From positions 1-45,525 of the forward strand of contig JBMFRB010000012.1 of assembly GCA_049968255.1 (NCBI GenBank): a DNA stretch of 45,525 nt. The letters are read 5' to 3'. Under the pieces are notes generated by a model. The model was not told the DNA's origin. It did not search any database and saw only the letters and a list, made by a program, of their open reading frames with translations. The stretch's first letter is position 1. Each line of letters begins with the position of its first letter. A program made the translations under genes and the position numbers. Positions 10,428-20,285 of the stretch are shown piece by piece. The stretch comes from Candidatus Sumerlaeaceae bacterium. Lineage in GTDB: Bacteria > Sumerlaeota > Sumerlaeia > Sumerlaeales > Sumerlaeaceae.

Positions 10428-11117
10428 ATGAAATCGCCGACTGAGATTTTCCGACGTGGGCTCATTGTATCATGCCAGGCGCTTGAGCACGAGCCGCTCC
10501 ACGGTTCGCAGATCATGGCGCGCATGGCGCTGGCGGCACAGCAGGGTGGCGCAGTGGGAATTCGTGCGAACACGCCCGCAGACATCCGCGCCATTCGCGA
10601 AACAGTGACGCTCCCCATCATCGGCATCTATAAACGCGAATATGAAGGCAGCCCCGTCTACATCACGCCGACATTTGCGGAGGCCAAGGCTGTCGTCGAG
10701 GCGGGAGCGGACATGGTGGCGTTGGATGCAACAGCGCGACCACGACCAGCCGGAGAGACGCTTGACTCGCTTATCCGCCGCATTCACGAAGAGCTCGACG
10801 TGCCAGTCATGGCCGACTGCTCGACGCTTGAAGAGGCTGTGTCGGCCGCACAACTCGGCGCGGACGTCGTAAGCGCGACTTTGGCCGGCTACACGCCTTA
10901 CTCGCGAAAAACCGAGGGGCCGGATTTCGAACTCATTGCGCAGATGCTCGATGCGGTCGCGGTGCCGGTGTTTGCTGAGGGACGCTTCCACACGCCTGAA
11001 CAGGTTGCCAAGGCGTTGGAGATGGGCTGTTATGCCGTTGTGGTGGGCGGCGCCATCACCCGTCCGCAGGAAATTACCGCCCGCTTTACTGCAGCGATCC
11101 GGCATCTCCTAGGCTGA
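10428..11117 (+). CDS. nanE: N-acetylmannosamine-6-phosphate 2-epimerase
   Basis: [46 protein letters not shown]. Confidence 0.95.
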   Translation: MKSPTEIFRRGLIVSCQALEHEPLHGSQIMARMALAAQQGGAVGIRANTPADIRAIRETVTLPIIGIYKREYEGSPVYITPTFAEAKAVVEAGADMVALDATARPRPAGETLDSLIRRIHEELDVPVMADCSTLEEAVSAAQLGADVVSATLAGYTPYSRKTEGPDFELIAQMLDAVAVPVFAEGRFHTPEQVAKALEMGCYAVVVGGAITRPQEITARFTAAIRHLLG

Positions 11118-11360
11118 GGCCGTCCGTTTTCGGTGCAGGGGGCTGGTCCGCTCCGTCGGCGGCCGCTGGGGCAACAACCGCCTCCCTGGGAGCCGCGCAA
11201 GGAGTGCCAGCCAAGCGAGCGCTAATCGTGCATCCCCGAAGGCAGAGGCACAAGCAACGCATTTCGTTGACGACCAGGCGGCATTCTTTTCTTTACTCTC
11301 GTTGCTCGACACCGCGAAGTGGTGCTCGTCTATCAAGAAAAACTGTTGCGACAGGTCCGC

Positions 11361-12677
11361 ATGATGAGTGAGGCGCCACGCCAGGAAAATGGAAGCCCGA
11401 TGATTCAGGCTATCCGCGGGATGAAGGATGTTTTTCCCGCAGAGGTTCGTTACTATCAGTGGGTTGAGAAAACCGCGCGCGAACTGTTCGAGCTTTACGG
11501 GTATCGTGAAATTCGCACGCCTGTGCTCGAGCCCACGGAGCTTTTTGCGCGCAGCGTTGGCGATTCGAGCGACATCGTCGTTTCTAAACAGATGTACACG
11601 TTCATTGACCCGGGCGAACGCTCGAATACCCTGCGGCCGGAGGGTACCGCTGGCGTAGTGCGCGCGCTCATCGAGTCGGGCTTACTCAAAGAAACCTCGC
11701 AGCAGAAGCTTTATTACATCGGGCCGATGTTTCGCTATGAGAAGCCGCAGAAGGGGAGGCTCCGCCAGTTCACGCAGATCGGCATCGAGTTTTTCGGCGT
11801 AGATCATCCGGCTGCCGACGCGGAGGTCATCACGCTGTGCACACACTTGTTGAACCAGCTAGGGTTCAAAGGGGTGACAACACGGCTCAACAATATTGGG
11901 TGCCGGGAATGCCGTAAGGCCTACAATGAGACGCTGCGCCAAGCCATTGCCGACTTGGTGGCGAATCAAGACGAAGGCGAGCCAGCCTGGTGCGATCTCT
12001 GTGTGCAGCGCGCGCAAGTGAATCCGATGCGTGTGTTCGATTGCAAGGTGGAAGAATGTCGCGTGCTGGCCTCGAAGCTGCCGAAAATTTCGGACTCGGT
12101 GTGCGAGACGTGCGCACGCCATGCGGAGCGACTGGCCGGACTGCTGGATGCAGCCGGTGTGGCCTACACGTTGGCACCGGATCTCGTGCGCGGCCTCGAC
12201 TATTATACGCGAACTGTGTTCGAAATCGAGCAGGGCGGCATCGGCGCGCAAAACGCTGTGGTGGGGGGAGGGCGCTACGACAACCTTGTGGAAGACCTGG
12301 GCGGACCGCCCACGCCGGCCGTGGGCATGAGTGTCGGCCTGGAACGCCTCGTGCTGGCGCTGCAAGCAGCGGAGCTTGTGCCACCACCCGAGCCGGAGAT
12401 CGAATTCTACATCCTCGCGCTCGATGAGACCGCCATGGCTAAGGCTTTCGAATTGGCAGAGTTTGCACGTATGCACGGTGTGCCTGTGCTCTTCGATTGT
12501 CAGCCCCGCAGCGCGCGTGCCGGTTTACGTGCCGCTAGCAAAGCGGGAGCACGTGTGGCGCTCATCCTTGGTACGGACGAAATCGAGCGCGGTGTGTGTC
12601 AGTGGAAAAATCTCGAAACAAGCGAGCAGGTCGAGCTGACCTTCGAGGAAATTGAGCGCAACCTCGCGGAGGCTTGA
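11361..12677 (+). CDS. hisS: Histidine--tRNA ligase
   Basis: RGMKD, LRPEGTA, FRYEKPQKGRLRQFTQ, LVRGLDYY, GGGRYD. Start could be 11361, 11364 or 11400. Confidence 0.97.
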   Translation: MMSEAPRQENGSPMIQAIRGMKDVFPAEVRYYQWVEKTARELFELYGYREIRTPVLEPTELFARSVGDSSDIVVSKQMYTFIDPGERSNTLRPEGTAGVVRALIESGLLKETSQQKLYYIGPMFRYEKPQKGRLRQFTQIGIEFFGVDHPAADAEVITLCTHLLNQLGFKGVTTRLNNIGCRECRKAYNETLRQAIADLVANQDEGEPAWCDLCVQRAQVNPMRVFDCKVEECRVLASKLPKISDSVCETCARHAERLAGLLDAAGVAYTLAPDLVRGLDYYTRTVFEIEQGGIGAQNAVVGGGRYDNLVEDLGGPPTPAVGMSVGLERLVLALQAAELVPPPEPEIEFYILALDETAMAKAFELAEFARMHGVPVLFDCQPRSARAGLRAASKAGARVALILGTDEIERGVCQWKNLETSEQVELTFEEIERNLAEA

Positions 12678-12740
12678 CGCTCGGGGCTACATCGCCAAGT
12701 TTGATCCGCACACATTCTGATGGTTTACGGGAGTTGAAGC

Positions 12741-14594
12741 ATGTCGTTGGAGTCGCAACCACGCAGTTGCTACGTCGGAGAAGTTCGGCCGTCCCATATT
12801 GGCCAAAGCATCGTTCTCAAAGGATGGGTCCATCGCCGCCGCGATCATGGGGGGGTGATATTCGTAGATCTGCGCGATCGCACAGGCCTTTGCCAAATCG
12901 TGTTTGATCCGCAGGTGCTCTCCGCCGAGCAATTCGATGCTGCCGGCGCGCTTCGCGACGAGTATGTGCTGGCCGTGTGCGGAAGCGTCCGGCGGCGACC
13001 AGAAGGCACAGAGAATCCGAATCTCGCCACTGGTGAAGTGGAAGTGCTCGTTGCCGAATTCGAAGTGCTCAACACATGCAAGACACTCCCGTTCAAGCTC
13101 GACGAATACACCACGGTCAATGAGGACGTGCGGCTGCGCTATCGCTTTCTGGATTTGCGGCGGCCCGAGATGCAGCGCAATTTCTCCCTGCGTCACAAGT
13201 TGTTCCAAGTCGTGCGCAAGTACTTTTCCGACAACGGGTTCATGGAATTTACCACGCCAATTCTCACGAAATCCACCCCCGAGGGTGCACGCGATTTCCT
13301 GGTGCCTTCCCGCCTGAACCCTGGTTGCTTCTACGCGTTGCCGCAATCGCCGCAGCTGTTCAAACAATTGCTCATGGTGGCTGGCTATGATCGGTATTTT
13401 CAGCTTGCCCCTTGCTTCCGCGACGAAGACCTGCGGGCCAATCGCCAGCCAGAATTCTGGCAAATCGATGTAGAGATGAGCTTCATTTCTCCCGAGGACA
13501 TCTACGCTGTGATGGAGGGCATGATCTCGCGCGTGTGGCGCGAGTGCATAGGCGTAGAGGTGCCCGTGCCATTCCCGCGGCTACCTTACGAGCGCGCCAT
13601 GCTCGAATATGGCAGCGATAAGCCGGACTTGCGTTTTGATCTGCGCATTACCGAGCTCACGGATTTCTTTCAAGGCACAGAGATTAAGGTTTTCGCAGGA
13701 GCGCTGGCGGCGCACGGCCGCATCCGTGGGCTGCGCGTGCCGGGCGGTGCCGCATTCTCACGCAAACAACTCGATGACTACACGGCGTTCGTGAGCCATT
13801 ATGGGGCCAAGGGATTAGCGTGGTTCAAGGTGTTGGAGAATGAGCTGCAATCGCCCCTCACCAAATTCTTCACGCCTGAGCTTGTCGAGGCTTTCAAAGC
13901 ACGGATGGGGGCTCAGGTGGGCGACATCATTTTTGTCGTTGCCGCTAGCGAAAAGGTGGTGTGCGACGCGCTGGGCCAACTACGGCTGAAGATTGCGAGC
14001 GACTTGGATCTGATCCCGCGCAACAAATTCTCCTTCGCTTGGATCACCGATTTCCCGCTTTTCGAATGGTCGGAGCGCGAGAAGGTGTTCACGCCCTCGC
14101 ACCACCCGTTCACCGCGCCGGTGAAGGAGGACATCCCTCTGCTCGACGAGTACAACGCCGACCCCACACGTTGGCGCGATGCACACCCCGACGATCATCC
14201 ACTCAAGCGCGTGCGCGCACTGGCCTACGACCTCGCCATCAATGGCGAGGAAGCCGGCGGTGGTTCGATCCGTATCCATCGGCGCGACGTGCAGAACAAG
14301 GTCTTCCGCGCCATCGGCATCGACGAAGCTACAGCCGAGCGCAAATTCGGCTTCCTTCTGGATGCGCTCAGCTACGGCGCTCCGCCCCACGGTGGCATTG
14401 CATTCGGTGTGGAGCGCATGCTCATGTTGCTGCTGGGTGAACGCTCGATCCGCGAGGTCATTCCGTTCCCCAAAACCCAGAGCGGGGCGGATCTCATGGT
14501 CGATGCGCCCAGCCCTGTGGACGAGGATCAGCTCCGCGAGCTACACATCCGCGTCGAGCTGCCACTACAAGAGGCAGAAAAACAGAAGCCGTAG
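12741..14594 (+). CDS. aspS: Aspartate--tRNA ligase, probably non-discriminating (Asp/Asn)
   Basis: GWVHRRRDHGG, STPEGARDF, LPQSPQLFKQLLM, FRDEDLRANRQPEF, GAPPHGG. Follows hisS in the usual order. Confidence 0.97.
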   Translation: MSLESQPRSCYVGEVRPSHIGQSIVLKGWVHRRRDHGGVIFVDLRDRTGLCQIVFDPQVLSAEQFDAAGALRDEYVLAVCGSVRRRPEGTENPNLATGEVEVLVAEFEVLNTCKTLPFKLDEYTTVNEDVRLRYRFLDLRRPEMQRNFSLRHKLFQVVRKYFSDNGFMEFTTPILTKSTPEGARDFLVPSRLNPGCFYALPQSPQLFKQLLMVAGYDRYFQLAPCFRDEDLRANRQPEFWQIDVEMSFISPEDIYAVMEGMISRVWRECIGVEVPVPFPRLPYERAMLEYGSDKPDLRFDLRITELTDFFQGTEIKVFAGALAAHGRIRGLRVPGGAAFSRKQLDDYTAFVSHYGAKGLAWFKVLENELQSPLTKFFTPELVEAFKARMGAQVGDIIFVVAASEKVVCDALGQLRLKIASDLDLIPRNKFSFAWITDFPLFEWSEREKVFTPSHHPFTAPVKEDIPLLDEYNADPTRWRDAHPDDHPLKRVRALAYDLAINGEEAGGGSIRIHRRDVQNKVFRAIGIDEATAERKFGFLLDALSYGAPPHGGIAFGVERMLMLLLGERSIREVIPFPKTQSGADLMVDAPSPVDEDQLRELHIRVELPLQEAEKQKP

Positions 14595-14780
14595 TGGCCC
14601 GCGTCGCGCTGTGGCAGAGACGGCGGCATTTTGCGAGCAGAAATAACGGAACCGCCCAAGACCAATCCCGCGCGCGCAAAGATAAACGAACCGGGAGCTC
14701 AGAAGACTCTTGCAGACACGTCGCGACCTGAGAACCTTCGTTTAGAAGGACTCCGGCAGGACGATGAGGGCAGCACACGC

Positions 14781-15716
14781 ATGAGCATCTCTTGGAAGAG
14801 CAGAGCAATCGGCCGTGTCTATTTGGCGGAGAACTTGGAGGTTTTGCGTTCGCTGGACAACGACTCCGTTGACCTCATCTACATTGATCCACCGTTCAAT
14901 ACGGGCAAGGTGCAGGAGCGCGTGCAGCTCAAAACGGTGCGCTCCCAAGAGGGAGATCGTGTGGGATTTCAGGGGCAACGTTATCGCAGCATCGTGATAG
15001 GCAAGAAGTCCTTTGCCGATGCGTTCGACGATTATCTTGCGTTTCTCGAACCACGCCTTGTTGAGGCTCGCCGTGTGCTCGCTCCGCATGGCTCGCTCTA
15101 TTTCCACGTGGATTTTCGCGAAGTTCATTACTGCAAAGTCTTGCTCGATGCCATTTTCGGCAGGAGCTGTTTTCTCAACGAGATCATCTGGGCATACGAT
15201 TACGGCGGACGACCGAAAAACAAGTGGCCACCTAAGCACGACAACATTCTGCTTTACGTGAAGGATCGCAAACGTTATCTTTTTAACGAGGACCAAATCG
15301 AGCGGATCCCGTACCTGGCTCCGGCCCTGGTGGGGCCGGAAAAAGCGGCGCGCGGGAAGCTTCCCACAGACGTGTGGTGGCACACGATTGTGCCCACGAA
15401 CAGCGCGGAAAGAACCGGTTACCCGACACAAAAACCCTTGGGCATTCTGCGGCGGATTGTGCAGGCATCTTCCCCCGCCGGAGGAGTCGTCCTCGACTTT
15501 TTCGCCGGCAGCGGAACGACGGGCATTGCCGCGTGGGAATCAGGCCGGCGTTTTATTCTTGTCGATAACAACCCCGAAGCCTTGCGCGTGATGGCTCAAC
15601 GCTTCGAAAGGATCGACGGCATCGAGTGGATTGGCTTCAATCCCCCGTTGAATGAGCACGGAGAAAGCCAAGTGGGCCATTGTCCCACCGATAAGCTCGA
15701 TCCTGCGCAGTGCTAA
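14781..15716 (+). CDS. Site-specific DNA methyltransferase, N6/N4 beta class, no adjacent nuclease
   Basis: Motif IV IYIDPPFN precedes YPTQKP and motif I LDFFAGSGTT (beta order). Start inferred at ATG 14781; the ORF extends upstream to 14631. Confidence 0.9.
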   Translation: MSISWKSRAIGRVYLAENLEVLRSLDNDSVDLIYIDPPFNTGKVQERVQLKTVRSQEGDRVGFQGQRYRSIVIGKKSFADAFDDYLAFLEPRLVEARRVLAPHGSLYFHVDFREVHYCKVLLDAIFGRSCFLNEIIWAYDYGGRPKNKWPPKHDNILLYVKDRKRYLFNEDQIERIPYLAPALVGPEKAARGKLPTDVWWHTIVPTNSAERTGYPTQKPLGILRRIVQASSPAGGVVLDFFAGSGTTGIAAWESGRRFILVDNNPEALRVMAQRFERIDGIEWIGFNPPLNEHGESQVGHCPTDKLDPAQC

Positions 15717-15853
15717 TGCGCTTCGCTCGTGCCGTGGATGGTCCTTTGCGCCAGGGCAGGAAAAGAAAGCATGACGCCGCCGAAACTGTTTAGACACCGC
15801 TTTCATAAGCAGGCAAAGGGCCTTCGCAAATTGCCCCGGTACTCCGCTTTCGT

Positions 15854-15953
15854 GGCGAGAAAAAAGCCCCGATCATTGCGCGGAACTGAGCTGCCTGGCA
15901 AGGTCATACCTTGGGCGGTTGTTGTGAGCCTGGCTATTCGGCGAGAAAAAAGC
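15854..15953 (+). repeat. Exact 14-bp direct repeat GGCGAGAAAAAAGC (15854-15867 and 15940-15953)
   Basis: Read directly from the intergenic sequence upstream of the porin gene. Confidence 0.7.
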
Positions 15954-16145
15954 TCTTCGGGCCGCGGACTATGGGATTCGCGGGGTGCCTCGTGAATGTG
16001 GGGGACTGCGTCAACTCCGGAGTTTGTGAAAAAAATCGCAAGCATGCGCCTTTCCGCAATTGACTTTGAAGAATCTGTAGGAATCCGATTGAGCACCTCT
16101 ATTCGTGAGAAGGTCTAATTTTTCGATCGGGAGTGCGGGAACACC

Positions 16146-17693
16146 ATGGCAGTAACAAATCACTTCATGCGAGGGGTAGTTCTTGCCGTTGCCTTGGTAG
16201 CAGCTGGCCCTCTGTGGGGGGGAGACACAACGGCTACGGCGGGCGCCATGCGCGCAGCCGATACATCAAAATCGGCCAAGCGGACCGAAAAAATTCCGAG
16301 CGAAGATAAAGCTCTGCCGTCGGGAAATATGCAAATGCCCGCGGCGGCTGTCGAGCGCAAGCAGGTACCCAAGTCCGCCGAGAGTGAGCATCTCGTGCCG
16401 CCATTGATCTGGGGCGCCAACGACGAATGGAAACTGCAGTTCGGCGGCTCGGTGCAATTCCGCAATGAGTACCGCCACAACTTTGACATGCGCAGCGAAA
16501 TCCCCGACAATGATCACCTTTCGTTCGTTCGCACGTACCTTAACCTTGATCTCACATATCGGCAAATCGTTCGCACGTTCTTCGAGGTGATGGATGCGCG
16601 CACGTGGGACGCCAATACCGATCAGATGCAGACGGCCCACTGGCACGTACAGCAGTTCTTTGTTGAGCTCAAAGATGCCCCAGAATCGCCGTGGACGTTG
16701 CGCCTCGGTCGCCAACGGCTGCCTGTCATTAGCGAAGGATACGTGTGGGGACTCCCACCGATAGAATACTACTGGTGGAATTTCGTGCCGGTGTTTGATG
16801 GCGCGATGCTCGACTACAAGACCAAGGATGTCCAGGCGCACTTCTTCCTGCTGCAGCCACTTTCCTTCGCCACGGTGCGCGACGGTGTGATGACAACCGA
16901 CCGACCGCGCGAGCTCAACCGCATGTGGCATTACGGCGTGTACAGCCAGCTTAAGACGTGGGCACCACATACCGTGGACCTGTTTTTCCTCGGCCTCTCA
17001 GATCAAGATGACGATCGAACATGGCCGCGTCCGAACCTTAGCGAACAAAAACGCCCAGGCACGACGAACCGCTACACAATCGGGACAGCGCTGCGTGGGC
17101 CAATCAAGAAATTCGAACGCGGCACGCTCGGTTACGGGCTGACGGGTGCCTATCAGTTTGGCAATTGGTCGAATAACGAAATCAAAGCCTATATGCTGCA
17201 CGCCGATATCAACTATACATGGGACAAGCACCCCTGGAAGCCCAAGCTCACACTTCTGGGCAATGTCGCCACCGGCGACCGTAAACCAGGCGATGATGAG
17301 AACAACACGTTCAACCCGCTCTTCGGCGCATCGCACTACGGTTACGGAGTCATTGATTTCTTCCGCTTGAGCAACATGCGGGAAATCGGACTCACGTATG
17401 ACCTCTTCCCTCACGAGAAGTTGAAAGTGCGCACCGAGTATCATCATCTCTGGCTCGATTCGCGCACGGACGCATGGGTCTCCCCCCTCGGGTTGGTCTT
17501 TGGACGCGACCCCAAGGGCCAGTCTGGCCGCGACGCTGGCGACGAACTGGACCTCACCTTGACCATCAAGCATTCCAAGCGTTGGCAGAGCGAAGTGGGA
17601 CTGGCCTATTTCCTGCCAGGCAATTTCGCCAAGAAACAAGGGCGCGACGACAGCGCGCGCTTCTTCTTTCTGCAAACTATTTATAAATTTTAG
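16146..17693 (+). CDS. Alginate export (AlgE-like) outer-membrane beta-barrel protein
   Basis: Signal peptide; LRLGRQ, FDG, ATGD...NTFNPLF and G.ELDL motifs; C-terminal aromatic YKF barrel signature. Confidence 0.8.
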   Translation: MAVTNHFMRGVVLAVALVAAGPLWGGDTTATAGAMRAADTSKSAKRTEKIPSEDKALPSGNMQMPAAAVERKQVPKSAESEHLVPPLIWGANDEWKLQFGGSVQFRNEYRHNFDMRSEIPDNDHLSFVRTYLNLDLTYRQIVRTFFEVMDARTWDANTDQMQTAHWHVQQFFVELKDAPESPWTLRLGRQRLPVISEGYVWGLPPIEYYWWNFVPVFDGAMLDYKTKDVQAHFFLLQPLSFATVRDGVMTTDRPRELNRMWHYGVYSQLKTWAPHTVDLFFLGLSDQDDDRTWPRPNLSEQKRPGTTNRYTIGTALRGPIKKFERGTLGYGLTGAYQFGNWSNNEIKAYMLHADINYTWDKHPWKPKLTLLGNVATGDRKPGDDENNTFNPLFGASHYGYGVIDFFRLSNMREIGLTYDLFPHEKLKVRTEYHHLWLDSRTDAWVSPLGLVFGRDPKGQSGRDAGDELDLTLTIKHSKRWQSEVGLAYFLPGNFAKKQGRDDSARFFFLQTIYKF

Positions 17694-17738
17694 GCCGACG
17701 GTGTCATCTCGTTCAGTCTGAATAGGGGGATTTTTCTG

Positions 17739-17769
17739 TGCCGCGGCAAGGCTTGCTCCTGCCGCGGCA
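17739..17769. repeat. Hairpin built from two copies of the palindrome TGCCGCGGCA, downstream of the porin gene
   Basis: Copies at 17739-17748 and 17760-17769. No downstream U-tract, so it is not called a terminator. Confidence 0.5.
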
Positions 17770-18147
17770 GTCTCGTTGTACGCCACTTGGGCTTACACGG
17801 GCGCCCCAGCCTGTGATGAGGACGATCGGGCGCGACACTCTCGAAAGCTCGAATAACAAAGTGTCGGGAGACTGGGGCCAACAGGCGATTGCCACACCGC
17901 TTTTCTATCCTCTCGCGTCATGGGTCACACTATGGCGTGCGTTTCATGGCTTACGTTCGTTCGCCACATGACCAGAAAGATGGCATCATTGCGAAAGACG
18001 GCCACCAAAGCGGCCACCTTCGCCCATGGCTGGCTAGTTCTGAGTACGACGCATTTTGTCCCGCGGCCCCGTCCGGTTACACTTGCCAACCAGGCACACC
18101 TGCGCCAGCTTCATGCCGACACTTTGCCTATCGAGGAGTCGGAGACC

Positions 18148-19350
18148 TTGATTCAAGATCCTGTTGGCATTTTCATCTTTCTGGCGGGGACCGTTGGGGT
18201 GATCTTCGCGGTGAGTGAATGGGCGATCTTCCGTCCCATTTTCAAGTTCTTCCCACCGGTCGTCTTCTGTTACTTTGTTCCCATGTTCGCAACAACTGTG
18301 GGACTCATTCCTTCCAAGAGCTCGCTTTACGATCTCATGAACTCACTGCTTCTTTATCCGGTTCTGATTCTGCTGTTGTTGAGTGCGAATTATCGTGCCA
18401 TTCTGCGACTAGGCCCCGTGGCGCTAGGGCTGATGATGGTGGGCACAGTCGGCATTATCCTCGGTGCCGTGCTGGGCTATGCGATGTTTGCGCCGCGCTT
18501 GGATCCGCAGGGATGGAAGAACATCGGCGCATTGGCAGCTAGTTGGAGCGGGGGAAGTGCGAACATGGTGGCGGTCAAAGGGGCACTGGAAATTCCTGAC
18601 AAGGTCTTCGCGCCGATGTTTGCGGTGGATGCGGTCATGGCCTACACGTGGCTGGGCATTCTCATCTTCGGGTCAAGCTTTCAAACGGCTTATGCACGGC
18701 GCATCGGCGTAAACACGCAACTCCAACGCGAAATCGAGGATCGCGTGAGCGAATGGGAGCAGGCACCGCAGCGCGCCGCCTCGACGCGCGATTTGCTTGT
18801 GCTCATCGGTCTGAGTGTCCTACTTGGCCGCCTGTGCTTATGGGGAGGACGCAGTGTGCTTCAGTGGCTGCAACAAACTCATCCCCAAATGCCTGGCCTC
18901 AGCTCGATTTCCGCAAGTACCCTCGGTGTGGTGTTCGCGTCCACGCTGGGCATTGTGTTGGCGTTCACGCCCGTACGGCGGCTAGAGGAAGTAGGGGCTT
19001 CACGCGTGGGCTATGCGTTGCTCTACTTGCTTCTGCCAAGTTTTGGTGCCCAGGCCGATCTACGCGAGCTAGCGCAATTGCCCTGGTATATGGCTGTCGG
19101 TGCGGTGATGCTGCTCGTGCATGCCGCGCTCATTTTGGTGGTGATGATGTGGTTGCGCGCGCCGCTCGTTTTCGGTGCAGTGGCAAGCCAAGCCAATGTC
19201 GGTGGTCCCGCGAGCGCTTCGGTGGTAGCCAGCACTTATCAGCGCGAGCTGGCGCCGATGGGTGTGTTGCTGGGCATTCTCGGAGGAATCATCGGAACCT
19301 ACGCAGGACTTATCACTGCAGCACTCTGCCATGTTTTTGCGCCGAAGTGA
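18148..19350 (+). CDS. DUF819 family multi-pass membrane protein
   Basis: About 11 hydrophobic segments; SWSGGSANMVA and ASQANVGGPASA motifs. TTG start at 18148 after GGAG is inferred; the ORF is open from 17920. Confidence 0.85.
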   Translation: MIQDPVGIFIFLAGTVGVIFAVSEWAIFRPIFKFFPPVVFCYFVPMFATTVGLIPSKSSLYDLMNSLLLYPVLILLLLSANYRAILRLGPVALGLMMVGTVGIILGAVLGYAMFAPRLDPQGWKNIGALAASWSGGSANMVAVKGALEIPDKVFAPMFAVDAVMAYTWLGILIFGSSFQTAYARRIGVNTQLQREIEDRVSEWEQAPQRAASTRDLLVLIGLSVLLGRLCLWGGRSVLQWLQQTHPQMPGLSSISASTLGVVFASTLGIVLAFTPVRRLEEVGASRVGYALLYLLLPSFGAQADLRELAQLPWYMAVGAVMLLVHAALILVVMMWLRAPLVFGAVASQANVGGPASASVVASTYQRELAPMGVLLGILGGIIGTYAGLITAALCHVFAPK

Positions 19351-19372
19351 TCTCCAGCGCGGGGCGCATGCT

Positions 19373-20221
19373 TTAGCGCATGTAAAATCGCAACTCGCGA
19401 GGGCTCTCAATCAGCCCATGGTGGGCAAGCAGGCGGCCAAACTCGCGCAGGCCAGCAATCTCGTCATCGCCTAACGCGAAATGGAGGTTCTCGCGAAAGT
19501 ACCGTGATGCAAAGTCTGCAGCGAACCCAAAAACTGGGGCACACTCGCGCGCAACCTCGTCGAGATGCACTTCCCCCAGCTTGCGTGCGCGTGTGAAAGT
19601 TTCCAGCAAAGGCACGTCGCCTATAGCAGGACTCACGAGCCAAGCCGCAAACACGAAAGGCAAACCGGTCAGCTCGTACCAGAGCGAGCCAAGGTCATAA
19701 ACATAAGGCACGCGTGCGTAAGCTGCGAGAGCCGGATCACCAATGAGCAGTTGGCCAGCGGGTCGATGCGTCTGCGAGAGCCAGTCAGCGGCGTGCATCG
19801 GGTCATCAGAAAGCGGATACTCGACAAGCTTGAAGCGCCAGCCAAACTCCGCGTGAAGCAGGCGTAACAAGTTGACAGATGTGAGGCTCGCGGGGTCGAG
19901 GACAACAAATTCCAGGTTCTCCAGAGGGGCATTAGCAACAATGAGCACACTACCCACGCGCTGTTTGGTAGCAATGGCGCCGGCTGGCAAAATCGAATAC
20001 TCTGGTCCGGCAAAATACTCATAGACAGGGACGATGCCCACGTGGCATCGTCCCTCACGCAGAGAATTCGCCAGCAGGCGTGGAATCTCGGAGAAAAAGA
20101 CCATTCGCCGTCCGTCAGGGGTAGTCGGCGAGATAAGTCCTTTGTGGAATGCCCACACGAGAGGCTGCACATTCATGTACGCAACAAGCCCCACGCGGAT
20201 ATGCGGATTCGTTTCTTCCAT
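19373..20221 (-). CDS. mqnA: Chorismate dehydratase (futalosine menaquinone pathway)
   Basis: RVGLVAYMNVQPL, VGSV, SLTSVNL, LLIGDPAL, DLGSLW...TGLPFVFAAW. The start is the internal ATG at 20221. Confidence 0.9.
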   Translation of the reverse strand: MEETNPHIRVGLVAYMNVQPLVWAFHKGLISPTTPDGRRMVFFSEIPRLLANSLREGRCHVGIVPVYEYFAGPEYSILPAGAIATKQRVGSVLIVANAPLENLEFVVLDPASLTSVNLLRLLHAEFGWRFKLVEYPLSDDPMHAADWLSQTHRPAGQLLIGDPALAAYARVPYVYDLGSLWYELTGLPFVFAAWLVSPAIGDVPLLETFTRARKLGEVHLDEVARECAPVFGFAADFASRYFRENLHFALGDDEIAGLREFGRLLAHHGLIESPRELRFYMR

Positions 20222-20285
20222 GGAACACGTACGAGTAGCGAGATCTCTTCGCGCCGCGGTCAAGGGCGAAACCGTCGGCCGTTGC

